Source of the DNA: Alphaproteobacteria bacterium UBA6178
Lineage (GTDB): Bacteria; Pseudomonadota; Alphaproteobacteria; Rickettsiales; UBA3002
Assembly: GCA_002422205.1 (NCBI GenBank)
Contig: DITS01000034.1
Coordinates: forward strand, 9,522-73,521
DNA: 64,000 bases
Reading direction: 5' to 3'
Below, in pieces: positions 31,885 to 42,287 of this stretch (within the stretch, counting starts at the first letter, position 1; every line of letters starts with the position of its first letter). The notes under the pieces were generated by a model. It searched no databases, was not told the DNA's origin, and was given only the letters and a program-made list of their open reading frames with translations. The position numbers and the translations under genes were made by a program.

Positions 31885-32265
31885 TTATGCCTCCACAGAT
31901 TCATTCAAAAATTTGCGGATGGTTTGCAAAAAATGTTCAATAGAAATCGGCTTGGAAATGTAAGCTTCGCAACCGGCACGAAGAATTTTTTCTTCGTCAT
32001 CTTTCATGGCAAAAGCGGTCACGGCAATAATGGGAATATCGCGGATAGACTCATCGGATTTAATGCGTTTGGTGACATCCAGCCCCGAAATTTCCGGCAG
32101 CTGAATATCCATCAAAATCAAATCGGGGCGCAAATTACGGGTAAGGCTAATCGCCTCCAACCCTTCTTTGGTTTCAATCGTTTCATAACCATTTGCCCCT
32201 AGCAAATCACGAAAAAGCTTAAGGTTCAAATCGTTATCTTCAACTATCAATATACGTTTAGCCAT
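31885..32265 (-). CDS. divK: single-domain response regulator DivK
   Basis: [34 protein letters not shown], immediately upstream of pleD. Confidence 0.85.
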   Translation of the reverse strand: MAKRILIVEDNDLNLKLFRDLLGANGYETIETKEGLEAISLTRNLRPDLILMDIQLPEISGLDVTKRIKSDESIRDIPIIAVTAFAMKDDEEKILRAGCEAYISKPISIEHFLQTIRKFLNESVEA

Positions 32266-32347
32266 AAACCGACTACTTCTCCCTGTGCGCTGCACTTATT
32301 ATTTTTCTTTATATTTCTGTACATATACCGTTTTAGCACGGAAAGCG

Positions 32348-32362
32348 TTAAATTTCCGTTAC
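32348..32362. promoter_or_regulatory. CtrA-box-like element TTAA-N7-TTAC upstream of divK
   Basis: ttaa atttccg ttac, with one mismatch to TTAA-N7-TTAAC. It lies about 85-95 nt upstream of the divK ATG and inside a 7-bp hairpin (32338..32359). Confidence 0.25.
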
Positions 32363-32386
32363 CATCAGCGCAATTATCCCACTACA

Positions 32387-34327
32387 TCACTGATTGCGCC
32401 TATTATCAATCAATTCTTGGACTATCTCCGGATTAAGCAAAGTAGAGATATCGCCCAATTGCCCAAAATCATTCTCTGCAATTTTCCGCAATATCCGGCG
32501 CATAATTTTGCCCGAGCGGGTTTTGGGTAAGCCGCTGACAATATGGATATGATCCGGCGTCGCAATCGGCCCAATGATTTTACGCACAATCGCCACCAGC
32601 TCTTTATCCATAGTTGCGTGTGCCTGCGCACCCTCATTCAAAATCACATAAGCATAAATGCCCTGCCCCTTAATATCATGTGGATAACCCACCACCGCCG
32701 ATTCCACCACTTGCTCATGTTCGTTCAGCGCCGCCTCAATCTCTGCCGTGCCCAGCCGATGGCCCGATATATTAATCACATCGTCAATCCGCCCTGTAAT
32801 CCGGTAAAAACCATTTTCATCTCTCAGCGCGCCGTCACCGGTAAAATATTTACCTTTCACCATCGAAAAATACGTATCAATGAACCGCTGATGATCACCA
32901 TAAATGCTGCGCGCCTGCCCCGGCCACGAATCCGCAATGCACAGCATCCCTTCTTTTGCACCTTCCAGCACCGTACCATCAGCCTCACATAGTTCTGGCT
33001 GTATTCCAAAGAACGGCAAGCTCGCATAACCCGGTTTCAACGGCGTCACCCCCGCCAGCGGCGTAATCATATGGCCACCCGTCTCGGTCTGCCACCAGGT
33101 GTCAATCACCAGACAGCGCTTATCGCCCACCACCTCATAATACCACAGCCACGCCTCAGGGTTAATCGGCTCCCCCACCGATGCCAGAACACGCAGTGAC
33201 GAACGTTTCGTTTTCGTCACAAAGCTATCCCCCATTGCCATCAGCGCCCGTATTGCCGTCGGCGCCGTATAAAAAACAGACACCCTATGCTTATCCACCA
33301 CCTGCCAGAAGCGCGACGCATCGGGATAGGTTGGCACTCCCTCAAACATTAATGTAGTCGCTCCATTCAATAACGGTCCATACACCAAATACGAATGCCC
33401 CGTCACCCAGCCCACATCCGCCGTGCACCAATACACATCCCCCGCGCGCAAATTGAACGTATGATACGTCGTCAGCGCCGCCCATACCATATAGCCAGCC
33501 GTGCTATGTACAATGCCCTTAGGGCTCCCCGTCGAGCCCGAAGTATATAAAATAAACAGCGGGTCTTCTGCATCCATCGAGGCAGGCAAACATTCATCCG
33601 GCTGCAGCGACACCAGCGCGGCATAATCCACATCACGCCCCTCCTGCATCATCGTCTCAGCGCCCGTATTCGCAAAGCACAGCACATGCCGAACCATCTC
33701 CAGCGGCACAATCGCCTCGTCCACATTGGCTTTCAGCGGCACCGTTTTGCCGCCCCGCCGCCCCCCATCCGCCGTAATAATGACCTCGCTGCCGCAATCC
33801 ACAATCCGGCTGCGAAGCGCATCGGGCGAAAACCCGCCAAACACCACCGAATGCACCGCTCCTATCCGTGCACATGCCAGCATTGCGTATGCAGCTTGCA
33901 CAATCATCGGCATATAAATTGTCACCCGATCACCTTTATGCACACCCAGCGATTTAAGTGCATTAGCTAAGCGGCACACCTCATCATGCAGTTGCTGATA
34001 GGTAATATGCGCATCCTGCGTCGGGTCATCGCCTTCCCAGATAAACGCCACCTGATCCGCCCGCTTCGACAAATGGCGATCAATACAGTTTTGGGTGATA
34101 TTCAGCCGCGCGCCCTCAAACCAACGAATCGAGACCTCGCCGGTAAACTGACAATTTTTAACCCGATGCCACCGCTTCATCCATTGGAATTGCTCCGCCA
34201 CATCGGCCCAAAAATTTTCCGGGTCATGAACAGATTGATGGTAAAGCGCCTGATACTGCTTGAAATCGATATGCGCATCGGCCTGCCATTCCGGCTGCAG
34301 CGGCATAAGGTGAGATAGCTCCTGCAT
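32387..34327 (-). CDS. acs: acetyl-CoA synthetase
   Basis: 646 aa with [18 protein letters not shown] and the C-terminal SGKIMRR. Confidence 0.95.
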   Translation of the reverse strand: MQELSHLMPLQPEWQADAHIDFKQYQALYHQSVHDPENFWADVAEQFQWMKRWHRVKNCQFTGEVSIRWFEGARLNITQNCIDRHLSKRADQVAFIWEGDDPTQDAHITYQQLHDEVCRLANALKSLGVHKGDRVTIYMPMIVQAAYAMLACARIGAVHSVVFGGFSPDALRSRIVDCGSEVIITADGGRRGGKTVPLKANVDEAIVPLEMVRHVLCFANTGAETMMQEGRDVDYAALVSLQPDECLPASMDAEDPLFILYTSGSTGSPKGIVHSTAGYMVWAALTTYHTFNLRAGDVYWCTADVGWVTGHSYLVYGPLLNGATTLMFEGVPTYPDASRFWQVVDKHRVSVFYTAPTAIRALMAMGDSFVTKTKRSSLRVLASVGEPINPEAWLWYYEVVGDKRCLVIDTWWQTETGGHMITPLAGVTPLKPGYASLPFFGIQPELCEADGTVLEGAKEGMLCIADSWPGQARSIYGDHQRFIDTYFSMVKGKYFTGDGALRDENGFYRITGRIDDVINISGHRLGTAEIEAALNEHEQVVESAVVGYPHDIKGQGIYAYVILNEGAQAHATMDKELVAIVRKIIGPIATPDHIHIVSGLPKTRSGKIMRRILRKIAENDFGQLGDISTLLNPEIVQELIDNRRNQ

Positions 34328-34386
34328 AAGAGTCCTCCGTTTCGGCTTCGAATATAACAGAAACCAGCACCAAAGTCATGAAAACG

Positions 34387-34695
34387 CTATTCACCCTCGT
34401 CAAATTTATTATTCACCAAAAGCTCCAGCGCATCAAGCACTGCGTCTTTCTGCATGCCATCGGCCACTAGCTCCAGCTCCACACCGGGCTCGGCAGCCAG
34501 CATCATCAGCCCCAATATCGAACGCCCCGATACGGTCCAGCCCAACGCCTCATCGGCCAGCGACTCCGGCGGGTTGCCCAGCCGTGTCACCTGCACCTGA
34601 GCATCAAATGCAGAGGTCGTTTTTACAAATTTTGCTGCCGCTCTCGCATGCAGCCCTTTTTTATTCTGAATAGTCACAACCCGCGCCGCTGACAT
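34387..34695 (-). CDS. ptsH: HPr/NPr phosphocarrier protein
   Basis: 102 aa with the active-site His in KKGLHARAAAKF and a regulatory Ser region (GRSILGLMML). Confidence 0.85.
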   Translation of the reverse strand: MSAARVVTIQNKKGLHARAAAKFVKTTSAFDAQVQVTRLGNPPESLADEALGWTVSGRSILGLMMLAAEPGVELELVADGMQKDAVLDALELLVNNKFDEGE

Positions 34696-34696
34696 A

Positions 34697-35101
34697 TTAT
34701 GCGCGTCGTTTTAAAAGATTGCTGGCAACGTTAATGTATTTGCGCCCAGAATCCTGCGCGCTCAGCACCGCCTCTGCCAATGGCAAGGTAGTGCGCACAC
34801 TAATCAGCTTGATCAGCATCGGCAAATTCAGACCCGCAATCACTTCAATCGCACCGCAACCCATCACCGAAATGGCCAGATTCGAAGGGGTGCCACCGAA
34901 CATATCGGTCAATACCACCACCCCCTCACCCTGATCGGCAAGCTTCACTGCCTTGATAATATCTTCACGCCGCACATCGGCTTTATCATCCGCAGCGATA
35001 CAGATGGGGATAAGATGGGGTTGCTTTCCGACAATATGCTCGGCAATGCCGATAAATTCGCGTGCCAGATTCCCATGCGTAACAAGGACTATTCCTAACA
35101 T
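34697..35101 (-). CDS. PTS EIIA, mannose family
   Basis: 134 aa with MLGIVLVTHGNLA (active-site His) and LTDMFGGTP. Confidence 0.8.
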   Translation of the reverse strand: MLGIVLVTHGNLAREFIGIAEHIVGKQPHLIPICIAADDKADVRREDIIKAVKLADQGEGVVVLTDMFGGTPSNLAISVMGCGAIEVIAGLNLPMLIKLISVRTTLPLAEAVLSAQDSGRKYINVASNLLKRRA

Positions 35102-35117
35102 GAGATGTTATCTATGC

Positions 35118-35564
35118 CTAATCCGCCGCGGTTGCAACCCTTGACTGCTTTAGACTTTGAATATGGAATATAATTTGTGCCGCCAATGGCACAGATGTCG
35201 CATCCACGTCCCATTGGGGCAAAAACGCACCGCATAATGGCACCATCACCGGCTCATTGGCACGCTGGGCAATAAAAGGCCGCATCCGGCAATGATACCA
35301 CGCCACCAACGACGTGTGGGCAACCACGGGCACCGGCACCACACCAAAAGGATAAAGCTCCAATTTGCCTTTAATCCCCGATGGGCAGGAAGCAATCAGC
35401 TTGCCATCAGCCGGATCAATCATCACTTGATCATCCGCTACCAACTGCGCACCTAATACCATTAACTGTGTAGCGAGGCTGCTTTTGCCACTCCCCGAAT
35501 CACCCGTAATCAGCACACCAGCCCCGCCAATATCCACACAGCTGGCATGTAACTGATCGCGCAT
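35118..35564 (-). CDS. hprK: HPr kinase/phosphorylase, short form (C-terminal catalytic domain only)
   Basis: 148 aa with the P-loop GDSGSGKSSLA. The length matches the truncated alphaproteobacterial HprK. Its start overlaps the ptsN stop (TAATG). Confidence 0.8.
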   Translation of the reverse strand: MRDQLHASCVDIGGAGVLITGDSGSGKSSLATQLMVLGAQLVADDQVMIDPADGKLIASCPSGIKGKLELYPFGVVPVPVVAHTSLVAWYHCRMRPFIAQRANEPVMVPLCGAFLPQWDVDATSVPLAAQIIFHIQSLKQSRVATAAD

Positions 35565-36016
35565 TAGGTATCTTCCGAGGTAAGCACAGCAAGAATCACA
35601 TTCTTGTCCCCATTTTGGCGCAGCACCCGCTGGTTATCCGGCGAGCGCATCACCCGTGCAATGCGCGACAATGCTTTTAAATGATCGGCATTGGCATCCT
35701 GTGGTGCCAAAAGCACAAACATCAGATCCACCGATTTATTATCCAACGCGTCCATATCAATGGACGAACGCAACCGCACGAAGAAGCCGCAGGCTTTGCC
35801 CAACCCTTCAAAGCGCGCATGCGGAATCGAAATACCATCCCCCACACCGGTAGTACCCAAACGCTCGCGCTCTTGCAACGCATCCATGACCGCACGCTTA
35901 TCAAGCCCCACCGTGGCCGCTGCCACATCGGCAACCACGCGAAAAGCCTGTTTGCTACAGGATACGTCTACATCCAGCAATACCCTGTCCGCTGACAGAA
36001 GGTCTGCTATATCCAT
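35564..36016 (-). CDS. ptsN: PTS-Ntr EIIA
   Basis: 150 aa with GDGISIPHARF (phospho-His). Confidence 0.85.
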   Translation of the reverse strand: MDIADLLSADRVLLDVDVSCSKQAFRVVADVAAATVGLDKRAVMDALQERERLGTTGVGDGISIPHARFEGLGKACGFFVRLRSSIDMDALDNKSVDLMFVLLAPQDANADHLKALSRIARVMRSPDNQRVLRQNGDKNVILAVLTSEDT

Positions 36017-36051
36017 GACTGTGCTCTCTCTTTTTTATTCAAACAGCAGGC

Positions 36052-36636
36052 TTACGCCGCTTGCTCCTGCGGGTCAACCCAGGAAATGTTACCATCTTCA
36101 CGACGGTAAACAATATTCACACGCCCATGCGCCGAATTGTAGAACATCAAAGCAGGCAAATGTGCCAAATCCATTTTCATCACCGCCTCGCTAACGGTCA
36201 GCGTCTCGATATCGGTCGCCTTCTCGGCGATTACCACCGGCGTGCCGACTTCGTCCAGCTCTTCATTATCCTGCTCGGCAGCCAGTGTATATTTTTTGGC
36301 CTGACCTGCATAAGCCTTAGGCGCATCAATGTTCTTATGGTGATTGGTAAGGCGGCGCTTATAACGGCGCAATTGCTTCTCAATTTTCCCCAGCGCCACA
36401 TCAAATGCTGCATACACGTCATCCGCATCGGCGCGGCTTTTCACCACCACCTGCGAATGGGTACCCGTATTACCATGAATATCCACACGGCATTGGTGCC
36501 CTTCCTTGGTCACCACCACATCCATCAGATTCACACGGTCTATATATTTTGCCACACCTTCTGCCAACCGGCCCTCTACATGGGTTTGAAATGCGCTACC
36601 GAGCTCAATGTGTTTACCGGAAATATTAATTTGCAT
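36052..36636 (-). CDS. hpf: ribosome hibernation promoting factor, long form
   Basis: 194 aa with MQINISGKHIELG at the N-terminus and a C-terminal dimerisation extension. Confidence 0.85.
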   Translation of the reverse strand: MQINISGKHIELGSAFQTHVEGRLAEGVAKYIDRVNLMDVVVTKEGHQCRVDIHGNTGTHSQVVVKSRADADDVYAAFDVALGKIEKQLRRYKRRLTNHHKNIDAPKAYAGQAKKYTLAAEQDNEELDEVGTPVVIAEKATDIETLTVSEAVMKMDLAHLPALMFYNSAHGRVNIVYRREDGNISWVDPQEQAA

Positions 36637-36759
36637 GGTATTCCTCTTGCAGAAATGGGTTATATGCGAAAAGTCATTATGAAAAAACAGGTTAAGGCGT
36701 GATCGCCTATCAATGTTTAATATAGTGCGGTTAAGATAAAAAAGCCACCTTTTTCGGCT

Positions 36760-37992
36760 CTACATCTTGGGAAGCTTGACCCCAAGGCAGCGTGCCAGAC
36801 GGTCTTGCTCGCCATAATAAGCCACACGGCGTAAAAAGCGCGGCATAATACCGGTCCACTGAAAATTCCCTTTCAACCGGCCATCCGCATCCTCACCCGT
36901 AGGCTGGAACACAAACAAATCCTGCATGGTGATTACATCACCCTCCATGCCCACAATTTCCGATACATAGGTCACGCGGCGGTGCCCGTCACGCATCCGG
37001 CTAATCTGAATAATCAAATTGATAGCCGATGAAATCTGCTGCCTGATCGAATTGGTCGGCAAGCCCAAATCGGCCATATTAATCATATTTTCCAAGCGCG
37101 ACAGCGCATCACGCGGATGGTTCGCGTGGATCGTGGTCAGCGAGCCTTCATGGCCCGTATTCATCGCCTGCATCATATCGAAGGCTTCCGAGCCGCGCAC
37201 CTCACCCACAATAATACGGTCAGGCCGCATACGCAGCGCATTTTTCACCAAATCACGAATGGTCACTTCCTCTTCACGGCGCTTATCAAATGTCACCGGT
37301 TTGGTCTCCAGCCGCACCACATGCGGCTGCTGCAGCTTTAATTCCGCCGCATCCTCAATCGTAATCACCCGTTCATCCATATCAATGAACTGCGATACCG
37401 CATTGAGTAACGTCGTTTTACCCGAGCCGGTACCACCGGATATAATCACATTCAGGCGGCATTTACCCAAAATTTTCAAAAACTCCGCCAGCCCTTCCGA
37501 CATATTCCCCTGATCTTTCATTTTATCGAGGGTAATAACCTGCTTGGCAAATTTACGAATCGAAATCGCCGTCCCGTCAACCGCCAATGGCGGCGCAATA
37601 ATATTCACACGGCTACCATCAAGCAAACGTGCATCCACCAAAGGCCGCGACGGATTAAGCCGGCGTCCTACCGCCTTCACAATCTTTTCTGCCACCTGCA
37701 CCACAGATGCATCACTATCAAAGGTAATATCGGTCGGAAACAATTTGCCGCGCCGCTCCACATAAATCTGGCGGTGGCCGTTAATCAGAATATCATTCAC
37801 CTCCTCATCCGCCAGCAAGGGCTGGATAGGGCCAAGATTTTGCAATTCATGCACAAGCTCATCCGTCAGTTTGCTCACATATTCATCTTCTTCCACTTCC
37901 GTTTCACCGCCCAACACATGCTGCACCGTAGCGCTGAGTAATGCAATTTGCTGTTCAAGTGACGCGATTTTTAGTTCCAGGTCTTGCGACAT
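36760..37992 (-). CDS. CpaF/TadA-family secretion ATPase, paralog 1
   Basis: 410 aa with Walker [51 protein letters not shown] and ISIRKF. AGGAG lies before the ATG. Confidence 0.85.
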   Translation of the reverse strand: MSQDLELKIASLEQQIALLSATVQHVLGGETEVEEDEYVSKLTDELVHELQNLGPIQPLLADEEVNDILINGHRQIYVERRGKLFPTDITFDSDASVVQVAEKIVKAVGRRLNPSRPLVDARLLDGSRVNIIAPPLAVDGTAISIRKFAKQVITLDKMKDQGNMSEGLAEFLKILGKCRLNVIISGGTGSGKTTLLNAVSQFIDMDERVITIEDAAELKLQQPHVVRLETKPVTFDKRREEEVTIRDLVKNALRMRPDRIIVGEVRGSEAFDMMQAMNTGHEGSLTTIHANHPRDALSRLENMINMADLGLPTNSIRQQISSAINLIIQISRMRDGHRRVTYVSEIVGMEGDVITMQDLFVFQPTGEDADGRLKGNFQWTGIMPRFLRRVAYYGEQDRLARCLGVKLPKM

Positions 37993-38063
37993 GCGGCTCC
38001 TATAAAATTATGATAGTTGAAAGGAATGTAACAAAGACAGGAATGAATGCAACACAATAGCAA

Positions 38064-39293
38064 TCAGCGCATCGCCTTAAGCAGGCCGCATTGATACATC
38101 ACAGCTGTCAAATCTTTATGGCGCGGCACAATATTGCACCATTCAAAGCGCCCTTGGATTTTGCCGTCCGCATCTTCTCCCGTCGCTTTAAAAACAAACA
38201 AATCCTGCATCGTAATCACATCATGCTCCATCCCGATAATTTCGCTGATATGGGTGATACGACGCGTACCATCTTTAAAGCGGTTGATCTGGATAATCAG
38301 ATTCACCGCCGACGTCATTTGCTGACGAATAAATTTCTGGGTCAGGTTTTGCCCCATCCCAATCATATTTTCCAGTCGCGCCAACGCATCACGCGGGGTA
38401 TTGGCATGTAATGTGGTCATCGAGCCTTCATGGCCCGTATTCATGGCCTGCATCATATCAAACGCTTCCGGCCCGCGCACCTCGCCCACAATAATACGGT
38501 CAGGCCGCATCCGCAGCGCATTAATCACCAAATCCCGAATCGTCACTTCCTCGGCTCTGTCACCCTCTCGTTGCGGGCGCTTAGACTCCAGCCGCACCAC
38601 ATGCGGCTGATACAACCGCAGCTCCGCCGAATCCTCAATCGTAATAATCCGCTCTTTGGGGCTGATAGATTGAGATAGCGCATTCAGCATGGTAGTTTTA
38701 CCAGCACCCGTCCCACCTGAAATCAAAACATTGAGCCGGTATTTTCCGCATGCCTCCAAAAAAGCGCGCATCTCGGGGGTAATCATACCCCTCTCAGCCA
38801 TAGCATCCAGCGCCACCCTACGATCAGGGAATTTACGAATGGAAATAGCCGTGCCATCAATCGCCATCGGCGGCATAATAATATTCACGCGGCTGCCATC
38901 CGGCAATCGCGCATCCACTAACGGGCGGCGATCATCAATCTTACGGCCCAGACTTGCCAAAATACTATGCGCGAGCGCATCCACCTCCTCGATGCTCGAA
39001 AAACGGTAGTCCGAAGGCTCTAATATCCCGTTACGTTCAATATAAATAGTATCGGTTCCGCTGATCAAAATATCATTGATGCTATTGTCTTTAAGCAACT
39101 CGGTAATCGGGCCATAATTAATATCGGCACTGAAGACCGACGCCCTCTCAGGCTCAGCCTCGCGTGCCGCAACATCTAGGGCATTATTATCCCGCATCAT
39201 GGACGCGCCACGCGCCATCACCTGCTCAATTACATGCTTTCCGGTGTGTTTCGCCGTGCCTGACGCCGCTTTAGCCGAAGCATCATCAATCAT
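38064..39293 (-). CDS. CpaF/TadA-family secretion ATPase, paralog 2
   Basis: 409 aa with Walker [51 protein letters not shown] and ISIRKF. Confidence 0.85.
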   Translation of the reverse strand: MIDDASAKAASGTAKHTGKHVIEQVMARGASMMRDNNALDVAAREAEPERASVFSADINYGPITELLKDNSINDILISGTDTIYIERNGILEPSDYRFSSIEEVDALAHSILASLGRKIDDRRPLVDARLPDGSRVNIIMPPMAIDGTAISIRKFPDRRVALDAMAERGMITPEMRAFLEACGKYRLNVLISGGTGAGKTTMLNALSQSISPKERIITIEDSAELRLYQPHVVRLESKRPQREGDRAEEVTIRDLVINALRMRPDRIIVGEVRGPEAFDMMQAMNTGHEGSMTTLHANTPRDALARLENMIGMGQNLTQKFIRQQMTSAVNLIIQINRFKDGTRRITHISEIIGMEHDVITMQDLFVFKATGEDADGKIQGRFEWCNIVPRHKDLTAVMYQCGLLKAMR

Positions 39294-39381
39294 AATTCAT
39301 GTACCCTCATAATTCACTCGCACCATAGCGCCATACTATGACAGCTTTATGACGAAATACACTTAAAAGGGTAAATAGAGG

Positions 39382-40872
39382 CTAACTAATTACACTATTT
39401 TTCAACTTGCGGCGCGCAACCGACGAAGGAATATTGAGCAGCTCCCGATATTTAGCCACCGTCCGGCGGGCAATATCAATATTTTTATCTTTCAATAGAG
39501 TAACAAGGGTATCATCGGATAAAATAGCATCCGCCGATTCATTATCAATCAGCTGCTTGATAAAATACATCACGGTTTTACTCGATATATCCTCTGAACC
39601 AGACGAAGAGCCCACCGAAGAGGTAAAGAAATATTTTAACTCAAAAATCCCGCGCGGCGTCGCCATAAACTTATTGGTCGTCACACGGCTCACCGTGCTT
39701 TCATGCAAATCAACCTGCAAGGCAATGTCTTTTAATGTTAAAGGCTTCAAAAACTGAATGCCATAGAGCAAAAAATTCTCCTGCTGTTTCACCAGTTCCG
39801 TGCTCACCTTCAAAATCGTCTGCGCACGCTGATCCAGTGCCTTCACCAGCCAATTCGCCTGTGATAGCTGTTCCGATAAATATTTTTTTTCCGCCTTATC
39901 GCGGGTTTTCGTATCTAGCTCCTGAAAATAATGTTGATCGAGCAATACGCGCGGCAATGCGTCATGATTCAGTTCAATCTGCCACTGCCCGCCCTTGCCG
40001 CCGCGCACAAACACATCCGGTATCACCGGCTGCGCCAGATCATGAATAAACTCCCGCGCCGGATAAGGGTTCAGCGTGCGGATTTGTTTCAGCATATCAT
40101 GAAAATCCTCGGCACTGGCCCCACACCTCGCCTGCAATCCCTGCAAATCGCCTTTTTCCATCAAATGAATATGCTCGATCATGCTTTGCATCATCGGGTC
40201 AAACCAGTCCCGCTCCTTAAGCTGAATGCTCAAGCACTCCTTTAAATTCCGTGCAAAAATGCCGCTAGGGTCAAATTGCTGTAACCTTGCAATCGTTGCT
40301 TCAATCAATGCCGCATCGGCTCCCAACTGCTCAGCAAGCGCTGATGTCTCCTCACGTAAATACCCGCCCTCGTCCAGCAAATCGAGCAGTTGCACTGCCA
40401 CCAACCGCATTTTCGGCTCTTCAATATCCACCTGCAACTGGCTCAGCAAATGCTCTCTAAGCGTTACATCTGACGATAACGTCTGCTCCAGCGAGGCCTG
40501 CTCACCATCATAGCCCGAGGCGTGCGGGCTGCGCTCATGCCGGTCAACGCTCACCCGCGATGAGCTATAATCACTGCCTTCTTCATTGCTCTGCCAGCCA
40601 TCGCCATAATTGCTGTCGAGCTCCGTGTCCGAGCTGTTATTATCCACCCTGTCCGCATCGGCAGGGCTGGCAAAGGATTCGGTCATTTCAGGCTGTGGCT
40701 CCGGCGGGGCAGTCTCTTCTGCCGCAAGCAACGGATTGCGCTCGATTTCTTCCTCGACAAATGCCGACAGCTCCAATGCCGATAATTGCAACAGCTTAAT
40801 AGACTGCTGCAATTGCTGCGTCATCACGAGCGACTGACCCTGCCGTAATTCAAGCCTTTGCGATGGTTTCAT
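39382..40872 (-). CDS. rpoN: RNA polymerase sigma-54 factor
   Basis: 496 aa with region I (LELRQGQSLVMTQQLQQSIKLLQL), an acidic linker and a C-terminal RpoN box (ARRTVAKYR). Confidence 0.95.
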   Translation of the reverse strand: MKPSQRLELRQGQSLVMTQQLQQSIKLLQLSALELSAFVEEEIERNPLLAAEETAPPEPQPEMTESFASPADADRVDNNSSDTELDSNYGDGWQSNEEGSDYSSSRVSVDRHERSPHASGYDGEQASLEQTLSSDVTLREHLLSQLQVDIEEPKMRLVAVQLLDLLDEGGYLREETSALAEQLGADAALIEATIARLQQFDPSGIFARNLKECLSIQLKERDWFDPMMQSMIEHIHLMEKGDLQGLQARCGASAEDFHDMLKQIRTLNPYPAREFIHDLAQPVIPDVFVRGGKGGQWQIELNHDALPRVLLDQHYFQELDTKTRDKAEKKYLSEQLSQANWLVKALDQRAQTILKVSTELVKQQENFLLYGIQFLKPLTLKDIALQVDLHESTVSRVTTNKFMATPRGIFELKYFFTSSVGSSSGSEDISSKTVMYFIKQLIDNESADAILSDDTLVTLLKDKNIDIARRTVAKYRELLNIPSSVARRKLKNSVIS

Positions 40873-40920
40873 GCAAGGATTGTACCATAACTATTGTGAA
40901 GGTCACGCAATGATTAATAA

Positions 40921-41751
40921 TTAAACGCTAAAGCTTTCACCCAAATACACGCGGCGCACCTCGCGGTTATTCACAATCTCCGCAGGCGTGCCTTCCATTA
41001 GCACGGTACCATCATGAATAATATAGCTACGGTCAATAATATCGAGCGTCTCGCGCACATTATGGTCGGTAATCAATACCCCAATGCCACGATCTTTTAA
41101 ATGCGACACCAAATCACGCACCTCGCCAATCGCAATCGGGTCAATCCCTGCCAGCGGCTCATCGAGCAGAATAAACGAGGGCCGACTAGCCAGCGCCCGC
41201 GCAATTTCCACCCGCCGACGCTCGCCACCTGATAAGGCAATCGCTGGCGACAACCGTAAATGCGTAATCGAAAATTCGGCCAATAATTCATCCAGCAATA
41301 ATTGTCGGCGTTGTGGCTCCGACTCGCAGACCTCCAGCACCGCCATAATATTCTGCTCCACCGTCATCCCCCGAAAGATCGAGGCTTCCTGTGGTAAATA
41401 CCCAATGCCTAGCCGCGCCCGCCGATACATCGGCAACGCCGTAATATCCGTACCATCCAAACTAATGGTCCCATAATCGGGCTGCACCAAACCGGTAATC
41501 ATATAAAAACAGGTGGTTTTCCCTGCGCCGTTTGGCCCCAAAAGCCCCACCGCTTCCCCACGGTTCAGCTTCAGACTGACATTGCGCACCACGGGCCGCT
41601 TGGCATATTGTTTGCCAATATTGGCAATGCTCAGGCCCGATTGCGTCTCGATTAATGTCGGCATATCACCTTTTTGTGGCTGCAACTCAATCGGCGGCTT
41701 CTGACGAAGGTCGCGTCTATGGCTAGGCTGCGCCCATGGCCACCAGCTCAT
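40921..41751 (-). CDS. lptB: LPS export ABC transporter ATP-binding protein
   Basis: Motifs GLLGPNGAGKTT, LSGGERRR and ILLDEP. The start is uncertain: the ATG at 41751 has AAGGA upstream, and an alternative ATG lies at 41664. Confidence 0.85.
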   Translation of the reverse strand: MSWWPWAQPSHRRDLRQKPPIELQPQKGDMPTLIETQSGLSIANIGKQYAKRPVVRNVSLKLNRGEAVGLLGPNGAGKTTCFYMITGLVQPDYGTISLDGTDITALPMYRRARLGIGYLPQEASIFRGMTVEQNIMAVLEVCESEPQRRQLLLDELLAEFSITHLRLSPAIALSGGERRRVEIARALASRPSFILLDEPLAGIDPIAIGEVRDLVSHLKDRGIGVLITDHNVRETLDIIDRSYIIHDGTVLMEGTPAEIVNNREVRRVYLGESFSV

Positions 41752-41752
41752 A

Positions 41753-42286
41753 CTAATTTCCTTCTTTTTTGGGAACAAACAGCCCTCTCACGCGGCCACT
41801 CCCCGTTGTGGTGCCATCCGTAGACAACGCCGAACCCGACAAAACGCTTTTACCGGATTTGAGATTATAGGTGAGTTGCGTCCCTTTGAGAATGTTTTTC
41901 TCCCGCGTCAGCACCACATCGCCTTGCATATTAATCTGCTCGCGTCCCACATCATACACCGCGCGCTCACCACGCGCCGTTTCATCAGGGCTGGCAAAAA
42001 ACACCCCACCATCCGCTTCAATGCTCGATATACCTTGCGCCACGCTCCCCGCGCCCGCCGATTCATTCCCACCTTTATAATGCACAATCATCCGTGCGGA
42101 TTTCATATTGATATTACCCTGCACCGCCTGCACATTACCCACAAAAATCGCTTTCTGCTCCTGCTGATACACTTCCAGCGTATCCGCTGTAATCTCAATC
42201 GGCTGGTCGCTATCGGCCTGCAGGCTTTGCGCCCACACCGGCGACGCCACCGCCCATATCATCACCATCAAAACACTCAGCCGCAT
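41753..42286 (-). CDS. lptA: LPS transport periplasmic protein LptA (OstA-like)
   Basis: Signal peptide MRLSVLMVMIWAVASPVWA followed by OstA-type beta-jellyroll repeats. The position between lptC and lptB fits. Confidence 0.8.
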   Translation of the reverse strand: MRLSVLMVMIWAVASPVWAQSLQADSDQPIEITADTLEVYQQEQKAIFVGNVQAVQGNINMKSARMIVHYKGGNESAGAGSVAQGISSIEADGGVFFASPDETARGERAVYDVGREQINMQGDVVLTREKNILKGTQLTYNLKSGKSVLSGSALSTDGTTTGSGRVRGLFVPKKEGN

Positions 42287-42287
42287 A

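Noticed and set aside
36637-36759. A possible terminator between ATPase paralog 1 and hpf (agccaccttttt cggct).
   Set aside because: It has only a 4-bp stem with a ~9-nt loop, which is too weak to call. The genes may well be co-transcribed.
39319-39333. A sigma54-like TGGCGC...TGC element upstream of ATPase paralog 2.
   Set aside because: The GG and GC dinucleotides are separated by 9 nt rather than the invariant 10 nt. The element would also leave almost no 5' UTR.
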